In this document: one piece after another, positions 39,051-54,097 of the stretch
Numbering within the stretch: the first letter of the stretch is position 1
Layout: every line of letters begins with the position of its first letter
NCBI GenBank assembly: GCA_050084985.1
Contig: JBITNC010000002.1
Coordinates: forward strand, 5,270,001 to 5,334,000
Length of the DNA stretch: 64,000 nt
Direction: 5' to 3'
Source: Nageia nagi
Taxonomy: Eukaryota; Plantae; Pinophyta
The notes under the pieces: generated by a model
The model's input: the letters and a program-made list of their open reading frames with translations, nothing else
Database searches by the model: none
Told to the model about the DNA's origin: nothing
Translations under genes and position numbers: made by a program

Positions 39051-41189
39051 ATTATCAAGTGATTTTATTTATATTAAGAAACTTTCCTAACACATTTTGA
39101 CGTTACCATAAATACAATATTGTATTTTGAGATGATGCAACAAATGACGCTATTACTAATGTGTCCATTAACGTTGAACCTAATGGCAAGATTTTAGGAA
39201 AAAAATTAAAAAAAAAATAACAAAGGATTCTACCGCGCACCCTGATGCTAAATAGGTTTTGTGTTGTAGTGCCATAAAATCAATCATATTCAAGGAATAA
39301 AATTATGCTATAATTTTAAATAATTAAGTTTCCATGTTGTTCTATATTTCAAAAGAATAATTAATTTATTATCTATTTTAATTTTATTATTGCAAATTGT
39401 TTAGAAAAAGAAAATCTTGGACATACCAATGTGGATTAGAGAAACAAGATTATTGCTTGTTTCAATCTCATAACCTTTAGATCTTTAAATAACATACTAT
39501 TTTTCCTTGACCTTAATATGACAATCCAAAGAATTGGAAATACCAATTTCATTATTGATTGAAAAAACCAAAGACAATAGTCTAAACAATTAAGTTGTCC
39601 CAAGTAGAAGATTTAAAATATTATTTGAAAGTATCCAAATTTTCTTACCATTTATTGCATCACCAATACATATAATATCTTGATTTTGGCCCAATTTAAA
39701 CCCATATCAACACTTTAGCAAATATAGTAAACTAACATTTTTTGTAAGGTTATTATGGTGGCCATCGTACCAAACCTTGGTGGATTTACTACAAGGTAGT
39801 TTTGGGTCCCTTTATTTATGGGATACAAGCATAAAACCAAGTGGTTAGTACATGGGTATCAACTTGAAGTTGTTAGTATACATTCAAGCATAAATGTTAT
39901 ATGAAAATAAGTGCTACTCACTAGATCTTGGAGTAGTCCTAATTGAGGAATGCAATAACTTTGTTGAAGCATAGTTAGTATTATTAACAATGGAGATATT
40001 GGTTAACAATTAGGTACCAAACACTTTAGTCATCTCCACCTAGTGTAGTAATAATATATCCACATAGAACTACAAATTGCATATATCTCTAATTACTAAC
40101 TTTGTGGATAAATAAATGAATTCAACAAAAGTGCAAGGTCTACATTTGAATCTTTCAATAATTATATTATGGAAGTAGATTTGCATTCAACTATGTTTAT
40201 CACTCATATGTCATTACTTGTACATACTGATAGTTTTTTTTCCAAAGAAGTAATAGTTTTTTTATTTAAATCATATCTCAAGATTTTTATTTCCAGTTTC
40301 TTCTAATTTCTTATTGCCACCCTAGTCTCTCCTATTTTTGTATTTTTAAGCACATTTCAACAGATACCTATCCTTCCATCTCTTCAATAGTATTGCAGGG
40401 CCTTTAATATTTGAGTTCTTCATTAATTTGAAAGAAACTATTATGTTTTAGTTACCATTATAGAGTTCCATTCAAAATTGACACTATTATATTATTAATT
40501 TCAGGTAACCATGTAAAGAGAATGAAAGAAAGAAAATAAATTAAATTTCAAAAGTGATAAAAAATAGGTCAATAGGAATCAAAAGTACTTCCATCTAGAA
40601 ACAAAAAAAGTGCTAGGATTTGGAAACCCTTGAGACTGACACTATAAGGGCTATAAGAACTAGAGTCTTGTTATGCCTTCATGATACACCCCTAAATTTT
40701 ACACATTTGGGGACCCTCAAAACACATTTATTTTGATATTTTTTGAATTTGATTTACAATTATATTATCTTTTGTATGGTCGTGGTCTTCAAGTCTTCGT
40801 ATTTCATTGCAATGCTTTGATTTGTGGATTGTATTTCATTTTTTATTTAGCTTAAATCATTTAGATTCAATAGCAAGATTTCTATTTTGAGTGAAGTTGT
40901 GCTGTGAGAATAAGAAGAATCTTATAAATCTTTTTTAGACATAAGGTGTTATAGTCTTTCCTTAGTGTTTATTTTGTTGAGTGATCATTTCCTTCCATTT
41001 TATGTGATTACCTTAGAGAAAAATGTTTTTGCTATCTTTTGCCTTTATTACAAGACCAGTAATCTTTTGGAAAGATTATTCTAAGATATTTCCAAGGATA
41101 TATAATTCTTTATTCTTTTTGGGTAAATTGTCATCATTAATCATGTTTTGCAACACATACTAAACTCAACTACATTGTCAAATTTTTTG

Positions 41190-41670
41190 ATTAGCCTCAC
41201 TTTCACCATAATTTGCTAGAGTTATATTACTTTAATTCTGATTATTCATACACCATTAGAAACATTTTTTATTGATATATAATACTATATATTTTGTATC
41301 ATATATGTCATAGTTATACCTCATTTTATGTTGAACTTGACTCATTCATAGCATAGATGATATAGTTCATATTTCACCATGAATTGCTAAAGTTTTGCCA
41401 ATTCAATTATGGTGATCTTTATATACTTAGAAATTCTTTTCTAATACCTTTTTCCTTGATATATAATACTTCATACTTTGTGTATGAATTATCATTATTT
41501 CTTCATATTTTAATAACGTGCTTGACCTAGTTTCATTGAAGTTTATTGTGACATAGCTTAACTTTTACAAGAGTTGTTCTACTTCAATTTTGGTGATCTT
41601 TATATCATAGTAAAGCTCAATTCGATATCTTTCAATTGATATATAACATTTTATATTTTTTGAAGCTTTA
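41190..41670. repeat. Three degenerate tandem copies of about 170-190 bp
   Basis: Recurrent gagtt...acttcaatt.tggtgatcttta...ttgatatataa.act.tata motif. Confidence 0.6.
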
Positions 41671-43419
41671 GTATGACAAATTCATTAATCTTTTAAGCAC
41701 TTCGCCAAGTCTTGAGGCATTTCAAAATTTTGTCAAACTTCAGAGTTGTTACTTAGAAACTTTCAAGTCATATTAAAGCCCTTTAGTGGAAAATTATTCA
41801 TGGTCAACCATTAAATTCTTCACTTGTTATCCTATTTTATTGATCTAATGGGATTAAATTTCTTAAGTGATGACTATTTTAATGGGGATGAAGATTAATG
41901 TTGACTTTGTATTTAAACATTTAAATATTAAATGCCAATGATAAATGAAAAAGTACCACCTAATAAAGTATTGAATAAAATATTGAATATTTTATTATAA
42001 ATTTAAATAGGAGAGGTTACAGTTGAAGATGATAAGGAAATAGAAAATCAAGATCTTCCAACACCCATGCCAATTGTCAATCCTCAAGTATGGAGGAAAC
42101 GGGTAGAAATTGAAGAACGTTGGGGTAACATGAAGGAAGTTCTTAGATGGAAGGAAAAGAAGCATGAATCAAATCCTTTTGAAGAACTACCAAAGGCATC
42201 TATTATGGAAGAATGACCAAAAGATGGTAGATAGCCAAATACAATTGAAAGAGACTCCAAAATCATATATAATGTAACCCCATTCATGTTATTTACCTAG
42301 TAAAGAGACAAAGAAAATGAGTTAAGAGGTATTAAGTTTTTGCCAATAGGAGCTAATAAATGACTACTATTCAAAATAGACTAGTTGCTCCTTTTTGTTA
42401 TATTGGGTACCAAACAATAATATTTTAATTTGTTATACAAGTTTTGGGACTATGTCCAAAAAAAACTCTTAATCTTGTTTAACTTACCCAAAAAAAATTA
42501 TAATAAGTACTTTAAAAGGATTTAAAGTAAAAATCATTTGTTATTGAACATTGATGCTAATATTTGATTTCATTTTTCAAGTGATGGCTAAAAATAAAGT
42601 GAAGTATTCAAAGGTTAAAAATTGAAAGTATAGTCTACCACAAGGGTGGGGAGGCCATGTAGAGAGTAAAAGTCAAACTAGCATGATCAACCAAGGGGAG
42701 ATGGTGCGAGACATGAAGATCATGAATATGGGGGATCAAAGAAGTTGGCAAGGGTGTAGTCTACCACACTCACAACTCCATTATGATGAAAATAAATAAA
42801 ACTACTAAAAGTTAAGAAACAAGATAGCCCATTGACCTCATATTTCACTAAGCTAAAGAAGATGCCCCCCATATGTTGTATCAAGACCATTCTTGTTCAT
42901 AGAAGTTCCTTGTAAGCCAAAATCACTAAGATCCAACTCTCAAATACAATGTCATTATCCCCAAGCTCATGAACATGTGTGCAATAGGTCCCAATACAAG
43001 CAATAAAATCACCCAAAAGGATGACATCCTCCATCATGGAATAATGGGAGATCTCTTAGTACAAGTCCATGTATGGCTCATTGTCAATGTGCATAACAAA
43101 TGAGGATGAAGATAAGGGAAAATAACACACAACAATGAAAACATCATAATAATGAGATGTACCCCTCCAAACTTTAATCCACATGTAAAAAGAGTGAGTG
43201 TCAAATGGCAATAATGAGATTCAAAGTCTAAGGTGATCATGAATGACATAAGTCAAGCCCACATATCCCTGAACAGATCTTGATCTTTCAATCTCCCACT
43301 TGAAAGCTCAAATCCAATAGTAGCTTATAAAAATGGGGAATGGACGTTCAAGGCTCTCATGATTCTTAAAGAGAAAGATAAATCTCGTGAAAACATCACA
43401 TTGTTGATATTGCATATTT

Positions 43420-43775
43420 AATTACTTAAGCGACCAAGTAATGCATACACAATCGGTTTAATGAGTTGGTTTATGGTTGAACCTTGCATATTTGATGAGA
43501 TTAGTGAGCAAGTTTATGCTTGATCCTTTTGAGCTTCATTTGCAAGTAGTGAAACAAGTATTTACGCATGTGATAAGTACTTTGGAGTTTGATTGGGAAG
43601 AAACTCTAGATGATAGAAAATTAACTTTCAACAATTGTTTCTTTAAACTACAATTTGGTCAGTTGAAGTTGATTATGCCACTCTCTTCAGTTGAAGTTGA
43701 TTGTGTCACTCAAACAAAGGTAGAGTAAATGGCAACCATAACAACAATAACTCAAGCCTTATGGGTTGGATTCTC
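43420..43775 (+). mobile_element. Copia RT/RNaseH remnant
   Basis: LVSKFMLDPFELHLQVVKQVF..DW..LDDRK..PLSSVE matches the Copia VS.FM..P...H..A.KR..DW....DRKS..ALSS.EAE pattern. Confidence 0.65.
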
Positions 43776-46191
43776 ATGCAGTATTATGAATTCCCACATC
43801 GTCATAACTAGCACCATTGCAACAAATTCATTGTTTGGGGTGTTTTTTGGGGTATAAGGTTCAACAATAGCTTTTTCTCAAATATATTTCAAAGACCATA
43901 ATGTAGATGTGTGTTTGATCAATGGCACCATAAAAAATGATAATTATGCTCTACATAGTTTTTATGGGAAATTTAAATCTATATTATGCTCACTCAAACA
44001 AAGTGTTTAGTCATTACTTCCTATTGTGAATGTTATTACGCCTTTCTTATGCATACAATTCAAAGAAATCAAAATGAATTAAAAAAACATGCTTTGTATA
44101 GTGTCTCACACTTAAAGTAAGATAAATCCTTTCCTTAAAAGGGGATTGTTTGTTTTCTTGATTGTATTCTCACTAGGGTCTCTTGTTGATGGTTCCTTAT
44201 GTATCCTCATTGTTGTTAACAAAGAATCAATTCCACTTTAGTAACATTTCAAGCATGCTATTTAGGGAAAATGGTGATCTTCCTTACCTAATGAAAGTGC
44301 TTCAAAAGTAGATTTTCAATAACTCTACAAACACCAGCTCCATAATTTATATAAGAATGTAAATTTAATTCCTTATATTCCCTGATGGTAACAACACCTT
44401 CTCCACCAAGCCTAAAATAGATAAACATAACCTAAAATTAGCCTATCACTTGCACACATCAAGCCCCAATATTGGACTTGGACTAAAATGATTCTTGACT
44501 ATAAGTGCGTGGAAAAGAGAACTACACAACATCATTAATGTCATCATTAGGTATTCCATACAATGACAACATCATCTATCAAAGAGTGTTGGCAGAGTTG
44601 GTCATTGGGTTCCTTGCTATGTCATGTGTCCCATGTTTCACTCTCAACAATGACATACAACGGTACTCCCTCTACAATCCCATAGATCGCTCTTGGTCTC
44701 CCGTGGACATTAATAAAATTTATTTCTTTCACCAACAAGCCTAAGACACACATACCTAAAATTAGCCTATAATTCACAAACATCAAGCCTAATAATGGAC
44801 TTGGACTCATTATAAACTCTCACATTCAAACCTCTCCTCAATTGTAACTTCCTAAGCTCTCACGATCTTATCAGATCCCTTTGAATCTTTGCTTGCAATT
44901 CTTAATTATTTCTTGAACTCTCACAACTTGCTAATGGATCCTTTATCTATTCTTGAACACTATATCTTTCATAGCATTAAGTGTGGCCTTTCATACCTTA
45001 AAACTTTATGAGATGTTTAAAGCTATCAATGATATAAGATTTAAGAAAAATCAAAGATTCAATAGTTTTATAAATTTTTTAATAGTTTTGACACACTTAT
45101 ATTTTGGTTTTTGGCATTTAATATATTCTAGTGTAACCTTAATTAAGATCAAAATTTTGCATTAGATTTTATTAAATAGGAGTCACTACAAGAGGAATAA
45201 GAAGAGGAAACATTTTCGACTTTTCTTTACAATTTTTTTGGATATATAACAAAGGATTTGCTTTATTTTGTGCACATTCATTTTAGGCTTGAATGGAACT
45301 TGTTTGAGATTTGGTCGCAATTAAATAGTTCTTCATTTGGTATCCCTCCGAGTGGTGCATCTTGAGCAACAATAATGAAATCTTTTAAAGATGAAAATCA
45401 TTTCCTTATTTTACTTGTCTTGTGCACCTAAATTATATGAGAAATAATCATTGAACTAGCTATCTATTTATTCTAGAAGGTACTTGGATAAGACCACAAT
45501 GCACCATTACAATTCCAACAAATACAATCAATTATATCATTGCCCATTAAGAATTATGAGCATCTTCATTTAGTCGACCAAGGGTGTGCCATCATAAGGG
45601 GGAGAATTGTGAATGACTACTCTATATTTCTAAATTAGTGCCTATTTATTCTCTTTCATTGTAACCATTACTAAGATGCAAGCTTTGCGGAGTTTTTTCC
45701 ATTTGAAGTCTAGTGAAATCTCCATCTAAATAAATGTTCTAAGAGAGAAAATGACTTTTTTTTGGCTCACAAGGCCCATAAAGTTCCCTTGACAACCTAG
45801 AGTGTCATCCAAGGTAGTCGAAGCCTTCTCAAGAGAGATATCTTTCAAATCCAAAGTCTCTTCCAAGAATATATGGTCAGCATTGAATGGATCAATTGTT
45901 TTCAAGAGGCTACAAACTCTAAGAGGGCAACCACTCATGAGGATGCTAGTGGGCTAGAGGGCAACCTCTCCTCAAATTTCGATTGTGTTCCCATTTCAAC
46001 CATGAGCAAGGCTTTCTTCCCTTTGACAATCCATACCCATGAATTTTGTTCTACCATTTGTTTCTAAATGGACTACTACTATGCAATAGTTTCCTATTTG
46101 AGGCATTCATGTTGTGTAAGAATATCTTATTGTTTGTCTTTTAAGTTCGATTATCACATCTTGGCGCTTTGGAGCTGTTGTAGATGTTGTT

Positions 46192-46305
46192 GTGGAATCT
46201 CAACAGCAAGGGGGTGCTTGAGATTGTTTGAGTTAGACTGATTTAATTCAGTGTGGAATCTCAACAGTACAGGGGCTTGAGATCGTTTAAATTGGACTGA
46301 TTTTC
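46192..46305. repeat. Tandem duplication of about 60 bp
   Basis: tgtggaatctcaacag..gggg..cttgagat.gttt...gactgattt occurs twice. Confidence 0.8.
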
Positions 46306-47941
46306 TCCTTTAACTCAGTGATAAGGTCATATTTTTCCTGAATTATTGTTGAAACAATGCCAAAAGATCTCTGAAACCTGTCAACTATTTCTCCAAACCA
46401 GAAAGCCTAAAACAAACTTATCCAACCAATCATCCAACACACAAAATATAGTTTAGTTTTAAGATTTTACATCATGATAGTCTTTCCCATAGTGAAAGTT
46501 AATTAAGATGGACGAATGCCAATAAATTCATTATGATATTCTCAAACTTCAATATAAGTCCACTATAGCTGTAAAAAAAATCATGGGGGTATTGCTCTTT
46601 AGGTAGATTACAGAACCCAAGAAGGTCAAGATGGATATGAAGGTTCAACCCAGCAACCATGCCTAATTAGAGATTTTCTAACAACATATGATAGATGATA
46701 ATGCTGCAGTTCAATCTTGCAATACTTTTTGTCTCTTATTTTCACAAGCAAAATACACAATAGCATGGGGATTTCGAGCTTCGCTGTTTGAAAATGAGGC
46801 TTTTATAACAATATAGTAAATTTTTCACAAAGGGTCCCAACAGTGCATAGGATCTATTCCTAACAGTAAGTAAATAATACTAGTTTGATTTTCACCGAGA
46901 CTAATAATATTCAGGATACAGTTGCTATGACTGGTGACCATATCATCAACCTATTGTTGGCTGATGGATGCCATGTTGATACTCCAACGAATTTACCAAT
47001 CCATTTCGGTCAAATCATGGCTTACTTTATCCGTTACAAAATATCAAAGTACTCATGATTTTGAAAGCAAAAGAAATCATACCACATTTTTACCTTGGGT
47101 GTGAATATGAAAGGAATCAATTCTTAAAGTTACTTGCTATAGAAAGAAAAACACAAAAATAAGGAGAGATTCAGCACCTAAGGCAGAAAACAAGACAACT
47201 ACAAATGCTTAAATATATAACAAACAAGTTCTCAACTTTGAAATTGCATAACTTAAAGCTGCTGTACACAGCCTGTTTCAAAAATCTGCAAGTAACAGAC
47301 GATTACTCGCAGGTAACCACAATTTGAAGGTAATACCAGTAATCGGGGTCATTACTCGATTCTGGTGGTTTTTGAAGATTACTCAACCGTTACTAGACAA
47401 TTATCAAACTAGAGTTAAAAAACACGAAAAAAAAGATAGTAAACACCAAAATATGCCTTTTAACTAGCTCATTGTATTTCATTCTTCTCATTCCATTGTC
47501 TTTGTTTAGTTTTTTTGCTCTGCAGATCAGTTTGTGAAAGATTTGAAGGTTGAGTATCAATTTGAAGAACTTCACCGCTAATTTGTAATGTTTTTATATT
47601 TTGTAAATTTTCATATTTTGAAATGTTTTAAGTTTTTTTTGCCAAATTTTGATGCCCAATTTTTGCCAAGTACTCTCCAATTTTTTTTCGGCCATTCCAA
47701 CCTTAGTACACAGAACAAGACACATGCTTTTACTTTCATTGTTTTATCCCTGTACACATGGAAAGTGGCCAAAATCTACCTTACATTTAATATGGCAGTC
47801 TATTAAAGAAAAAAGCCTATTAACCATTCAGTGAGGCAGATAAGCAGAATCTAAAAGAGTCTATTTTCGGCCATAAGTCTCTCTCCACAAGTTCTCATTC
47901 ATTGATAAATTTAGCAAGCAGATCAAAAACTATGCTTTTAT

Positions 47942-48857
47942 CAAGGAAACATGGGGACACATCCCCCTTGAGGATTGGGTTTCCCCATCCTCTCATCCCC
48001 AAGAACATGGGATGTCAAAGGGGACATTCCCTTGTCAAACCCCTTTTGAGAGAAATGACAGATGTTTCAAGCCTCGAGCACCTGATTGTCCCCAAGGATA
48101 ATTTGACCAGCTATTACTTTATAATATCAAAATTATAATATTAATAATTTTATTTATCAAGAGTAGAGAAGGTAGTTGCAGTGCATAGCTCTCTTCACCT
48201 TTGTGAGAGAGTTAAGCAAGAGTACAAAGCATTTCCAACTATTTGATGGGATGTAAATCCAAATGATCTGAGCCAAATTGATGAGGATGAAAATCAAGAG
48301 AAGTTTCTTCAGTTGCATGATGTTGAGAAGGATAGCTTCTCAGATAGATCAGTGGAGGATAAGCCATTGGACTTGAGTCATTAGGTTTAGATCAATAGTT
48401 TTACTTTAGTTTTCATTTTGACTTCACGTATGACATTATGATCATTTTGACTTCACATGAGTGATATGACATTAATTATTAATATTATGTATTTGATTCA
48501 TTTTTGAATATTATTATTTTAGTAACTTAGTTTCACTTTCAAATTTCAGTATTCTGAGTTCTCAATTTTCTATTTTTATTTTTAGTATTTACTATTTGAT
48601 ATTTAATTTCATATTTGATTTCAAATTGAATGCTTCATGAATAAATTCGATTATTGATCGAGTCAATGAATTGATAATATGAATGTAGATTGTAGAATTA
48701 GAAACTAAACTATATTTATTTCTAAAACATCTGAAATTTCTGAGAATTTTTACTAGTTTTATACCTGCCATTTCCGAACCATCCCCTAAAATCAGATCTC
48801 TGTACCCTACTGTCCCTAGGTTCGCGTACCCCTGTACCCAACCCATGTGTAACCTTA
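47942..48857 (+). mobile_element. Internally deleted hAT element with transposase C-terminal remnant
   Basis: Ends caaggaaacatggg / cccatgtgtaacctta. Around 48160-48385 it reads VEKVVAVHSSLHL..EYK..WDVNP, resembling the end of the hAT dimerisation region. TSD not clear. Confidence 0.55.
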
Positions 48858-49445
48858 ATTTATAGTATCAAAGGTCTGCAGTTCAGTATTTGTAACATCT
48901 ACAAGTCACCGTCCACCAAGCTCCTATTATTTAAAGATTGACACACAGTTTAAAGTCAAATTATGGAACTAGGGATCCATTACCCATACAACAATCAAGT
49001 TATGTTTCATTAATCAAATTATATAAATAACATTACTTGCCGGTTTGCCTGAAAACAATAGGATACCCAGTGCAATTTAAAAAAGACATTCCATTATAGC
49101 TTTTAAAGCTAAACTAGCATGCATATGCAAAGCTCAAAGTAAAACATCTAGAATAAACTGCTACACGCATGGTAATTTTGTGTGGAGAGAAACTCTGCCA
49201 CATCACCTTCGGGTGGTTGACCACAAATCTCTACATTTCACATATCATGCTTTTAATCCACAAAGCAATGGTATATAAGGTTTCTTTCACGTGAACAATG
49301 GATACAAATTCCAAACGGGCAGCAGATTTCAGAAGAAAAATTTAGCATGCCCGGTGCACCATTTCTTTACAAGCTGTGCAACAAATTTTCAGCAACACAA
49401 CAGCTTTCACAAATAAAGTCATCCATATGCCTTCCCAGTATATTT

Positions 49446-52400
49446 TTACACAGTTTTCACAAGCTTTGTCTGGATACTCTGCAGATCTACATTATTTTTA
49501 ATGCTGAAGACAACAAAAATAGTTGAATCACAACATCATCCACATATGATGCAATTATCCTAAACATAGATATTAACTTTGCTATACTTCCAACAAAATT
49601 TACCTGTAAAGATAGTCACCACTAGTGGCTGTCCTGCCAGATAACCAGTCAGGAACCAACTCCTGAAGAAGCTGCAACTGTTCTTCAATCTCACCTTTAA
49701 AAAATAAAAACGCATTAAATGAGACTGAGGACATTTCAGTATTTCGAAGATGAAGGAAATATACAAGTAAAAAGCTGTTTACTTCTATCTGTAACATCAC
49801 AGTGATTGGATATTATTTTGTGCACAAGCTCCTGCTGTGTGATAACTGAACGCTTGCAGGAACGAAATATATCACGAATCATGTTGAAGAGTTTTGGTAA
49901 ACATGCTATCATCTGCTGACGTCTCTTAGCACCAGATAGACCCAACTTGCAATCCTCGAGATTTTTTTTCTCTCTCTCAAGGACCTGGAGATAATATAGG
50001 GTGTAATTGGCATGAGAAAAAGAGAGATAAAGATGAGCTAAATGCAAACATTGTTGGACATAAAACCGAACAAATAACGTTATATGGAACAGAATAGATG
50101 ATGACAAGTAACATCTTTCAATTTCACAAAATTGATGCCTTACAGAAATTCCTAGACAAGTCAATATATAAAAAAGGCAAAGTTGAAAATATTTGCAAAC
50201 ATTGAAAATAAATGAATAGCATCAACATAGTCATAATAGGAAAAAAAAAAAAAAAATTACCTTGCTCACCAGTTCTGGGGAAAGGCTCTTAAGTATTTCC
50301 CTTTCTGATTCGGAAATATTCTCAAGGCCCTCATAACATGACTTCTGAACACTGATACTTCCAATCTCTGTTTCCTTTGAACTGTTGGATTCACTATCAA
50401 AATTTAGCTTGCAAGGCTGAATAATACTTTTTTTCAGTGATTGAATTTTTGCAGGGCATGACTCGGTTTCTTTAATTGGAGCAACATTCTCATCGTCTGC
50501 ATTTTGTCTGGATCGCTTGGGACAGTGTATGGGTGGAGTTTTGAGGAAGACCTTCTCTGGAGTTTCCTCACTTTGAATCTTCTCCAAGCACAAGGTATTT
50601 GTCGGAGACTGTACAGGACAAGCATATTTATTCATTGCTTTCTCATTGTTCTTGGGTTTTACCACCATCCTTGAGGGAGAGAACCTAACTGAATCTGCAC
50701 AGTAATTAAGTGCAGAGTGCACAGAGTTCTTTGTAGATTGAAGATTTTCAGTGAAGTTATCATTTAAATTACACTCAGCAACCTTTCTTTTCAGAGTGAC
50801 TGGATGAAGTGAAGCCTTCTCACAAATAGATGAATCTTTACAAACAGAATAATCACCAGAATTTTTATCTAATTTGTTAAAATTTATTGCTCTTTTCACA
50901 TTTGATGCTTCAGATTTCCCCTCGGACAATTGAGAAACGCAAGACAAATTTGGAGAACCCAAACTCGGAGGACGTTGGGGAGATGAAATATGTGAAATTG
51001 GATTGGGCGAATCAGGAACATTCTCAAAACGAACGTTCTTCTTACAGGTAGAGCTCTTGATACAAGACTTGACTGGAGTTTTTTGAGCAATGGGAACAAC
51101 AGGAACTGTGTCCAGAATTGCAGAATCAGGTTCAACCCTGTCTGTTGTGATGGAAAAACAACTTTTACCCAAAGAGGAACTTGCATTTTCTATTGCCATT
51201 TCTTTTTTGCAGAGCGTGTTTTCTTTAGAAGCATTGTTAATGATATGTTTTGCTCCAGTGACCTTAGAAAGAGTCTCTAATGGATCAGAAACAGTAGCTT
51301 CAGATGCATCAGGTTGCTTCAAAACTGGGGAGGAATCAATCTCATAAGATTTCTTCAAGCCTTTACTGTCCCGAAAAATTTTACTGGATCGGAATTTGGA
51401 TGCAAAGTGGGTCTTGAAACCTGCAGGAAAATGGGAACTGACAGAAGATGGAATACTCACACCAGAACCATGTGGTTTTCTTACTTCAAGCGCTTTAAGA
51501 GGGTTCAAATTTTGCTCCTGATCAGGAATACATGATGAATTGGGAGCTACATGAGCTGTGGCCTTTAAATGAGAAAAACTCTTCTGGAAGCTTTTTGGCA
51601 ACAGAGGAGATATTGTAATACCCGACGGCGTACAACTTAGTGTAGGAACATCATTGTTGGTCTTCACAAGAGTGGACAAACATTTTTTATTAAAAGGCTC
51701 TGGCAGATCTTCCAGTGGAACATCAATCCCCTGCAATGATTTGAAAAAGTAAAAAAACAACTCACTAAAGTTGCAAACAATTTTGAGTGATTTGACAAAC
51801 CTGAAATTTATGTGCAAAGAAAGAGGGAGAGAGTTTCATTATGGCAATCACCTCCGGATGGGATTTGGCAAACTCCACCAGTCGTGTATGAAATGTCCTT
51901 CGCAAAATAGATGTATTGGCTTTGAAAGCAGATGTAAAACCATGTCCATCCTTTGCATTGGGCAATGCATCATGCAAGAGAATGATTTTAAGTTCTGCTT
52001 TCATGCAGAGAGTTTTCTCATCATGAATCATCATCTTCTCCAGCAACAGTGCTTCTGGCAAAATATACTTCATCTGTGCCACATGACAGTGCATAAAACG
52101 CCTGAAAAAAAGTAGTTAAAATGTAATCATTAGTAGTGAAGTAGGGACGCACCATTTGTATGTGTTGTATCAAGCACATTGACAATTAGAGAGAAGAAGT
52201 AGAGCAGGCCTGGTTTTCAATTTGTGATTGTGAGGCATACGGTTCAACTGGTAAGGCAAGGATCCCATATGGGTGGATGGCATCGTGGAATATGATTAAA
52301 TATGATTTAACTCAAAAATACCAAAATTTCAGTTCATGTGCAGAAAATGAAAAACTAGACATTTTGTAGGAAGAAAATTTCTAACAGATGCTATAAATTT

Positions 52401-54067
52401 TGCAAACTCAACTCATCATCTTTAGTAGTACGAGTTTGTTAATAATTTACCGCCAAATTAATGAAGCTCCAAGTTTTATCAAATAAATACAAGGTAAAAT
52501 GAAACTGTCATGCATTCCAAATGCCAGGAAGGATGCTATGTTGTGACAATATAACTTCAAGTACCTGAAAATGCTTCAAATTCTCCCAACAGGACCTGCC
52601 AATGAATATCACTAAGCCCTTCCACAGGCCCATTGCCTAAGCTACAGTTTGTAGGGTATATACGTTAGAACTCCAAGTAGAAAAGACAGAGAAATGATGT
52701 CATGAAAAAGGAGTACACCTAAACATAGAGAAAAAACCAAGACCAACAAAGGGCAAAGCCAAATAATTACTCTTCACAACCATCAAGAAGTTATATTGAT
52801 CCGGAGATCTTGCCTTAAGTGTTGATTTGGCTAGGAGTTTTCACTTATGAGCATGATCCATTGCTTAAACTGAAATCTGGTATTATGAAGGTTTTGATTT
52901 TGTAATCACTCCATCTTTGATTAAATTCTTTAAGGCTAACATTCTTAGAACGAGGATTTTGAACACTCTCACTTTTGGGTGATGTTTGGAGGTTTTCCTT
53001 TATGTCTTGTGAATTTTCTATGCCATGGAAAATGTCGAAAATAAATCGCATACCTGTTTGTCATGGCTTCTACTTGAGGGGAGATGTTACCAAATGTAGA
53101 TATTGTCTTGCGGAGCCTGAGCAATCTAATAGCAGCCTCCATGGCATCAAAAGACTCCGCCAAAAGTGTATACCTGTAAAATCTCTTACATCCAGATCTA
53201 TCAGACAACAAAACCACCTAGAAACCAGAAAAAATTGCAAATTTATCAGCCATCCTCACCACTCAGAAATCAAACGAATAAATACACAATTCGCCCCAAA
53301 CCCAGAAATACAAATTTGTCAAAAAGTATTTACATCCAGAAACAATTTTATTTTTTCTTAATTCAAAATAAATAAAATTTCTAGCTCACCAGGCTATCAA
53401 AGCACCAAGAAATCTATATTAAAAAAAAATGTGTTTCATACAACTAAACATCCAGGACTTCCCAAAAAAATATAAATTGATTAAACAACAAACCTATATA
53501 TTCAAAGGAATATACAAATCCATCAATGCAAAAGACCGAAAACTATACATTAATAAGAAAAAAAAAAAACAGAATGCAGGAAAAACAAAAACAGTAGGGA
53601 TTCAATTACTTTTCGGGAAGATTGAAGTCCGCTTCCTTTGGAGTTTTGGCTTCCAATTCCGCGGCCTTTCCCTGCGAATTCTTTGGAGTTTTCTCCGCCG
53701 ACATCTGCAACTTCTTGGCCTCCGCAATAACATCTTTGAGAGATTTGGCGATCCGCTTATTCCTAGTTCTTGAGGAGGGCGGATCATAGACCTTCTCAGG
53801 AGTCGAAATATCATCAGAAAGGGTTTTAGCAGATAACTTAGCAGGGCTCTTAGAAGGGAGCTTTGCAAGAGCTGGGGATTTGGTAGGGGTTTTAGCGGGG
53901 GATAATTTGGCAGAAATTGTGGGGCTGAGCCTTACTGGCTTCTTGCAGGGAAAGCACAGAACCGCCTGGTTTGTTGGGGCGGGTGAGGACTTGAAAAGCA
54001 GGGGTTTTTCGTTTCTGGTTTTGTGGGCAGAGGACGCCATGGATCTTCTCTTGCCAGCGGACTCCAT
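49446..54067 (-). CDS. CDT1: CDT1-like DNA replication licensing factor; exons 53610-54067, 53054-53173, 51852-52101, 50261-51730, 49783-49984, 49604-49694, 49446-49503; about 882 aa
   Basis: CDT1 domain LPEKY.LLAESFDAMEAAIRLLRLRK..STF..I..QVE.MT.RRF..H.AQMKYILPEA and HPEG.DVP...LPEPF. C-terminal MCM-binding region RRQQMIACLPKLFNMI..IF..EIEEQLQLLQELVPDWLS. All junctions are GT-AG and in frame (2649 nt). Confidence 0.93.
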
Positions 54068-54097
54068 TGCTGATGGGTATTCGATTATCTTCCAGAT

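Noticed and set aside
44400-46100. Short repeats and possible retroelement protease or LINE fragments
   Set aside because: Too degenerate to classify by eye.
47263-47758. Possible hAT MITE flanked by tgtacaca or gtacacag repeats
   Set aside because: No convincing terminal inverted repeats for either boundary choice.
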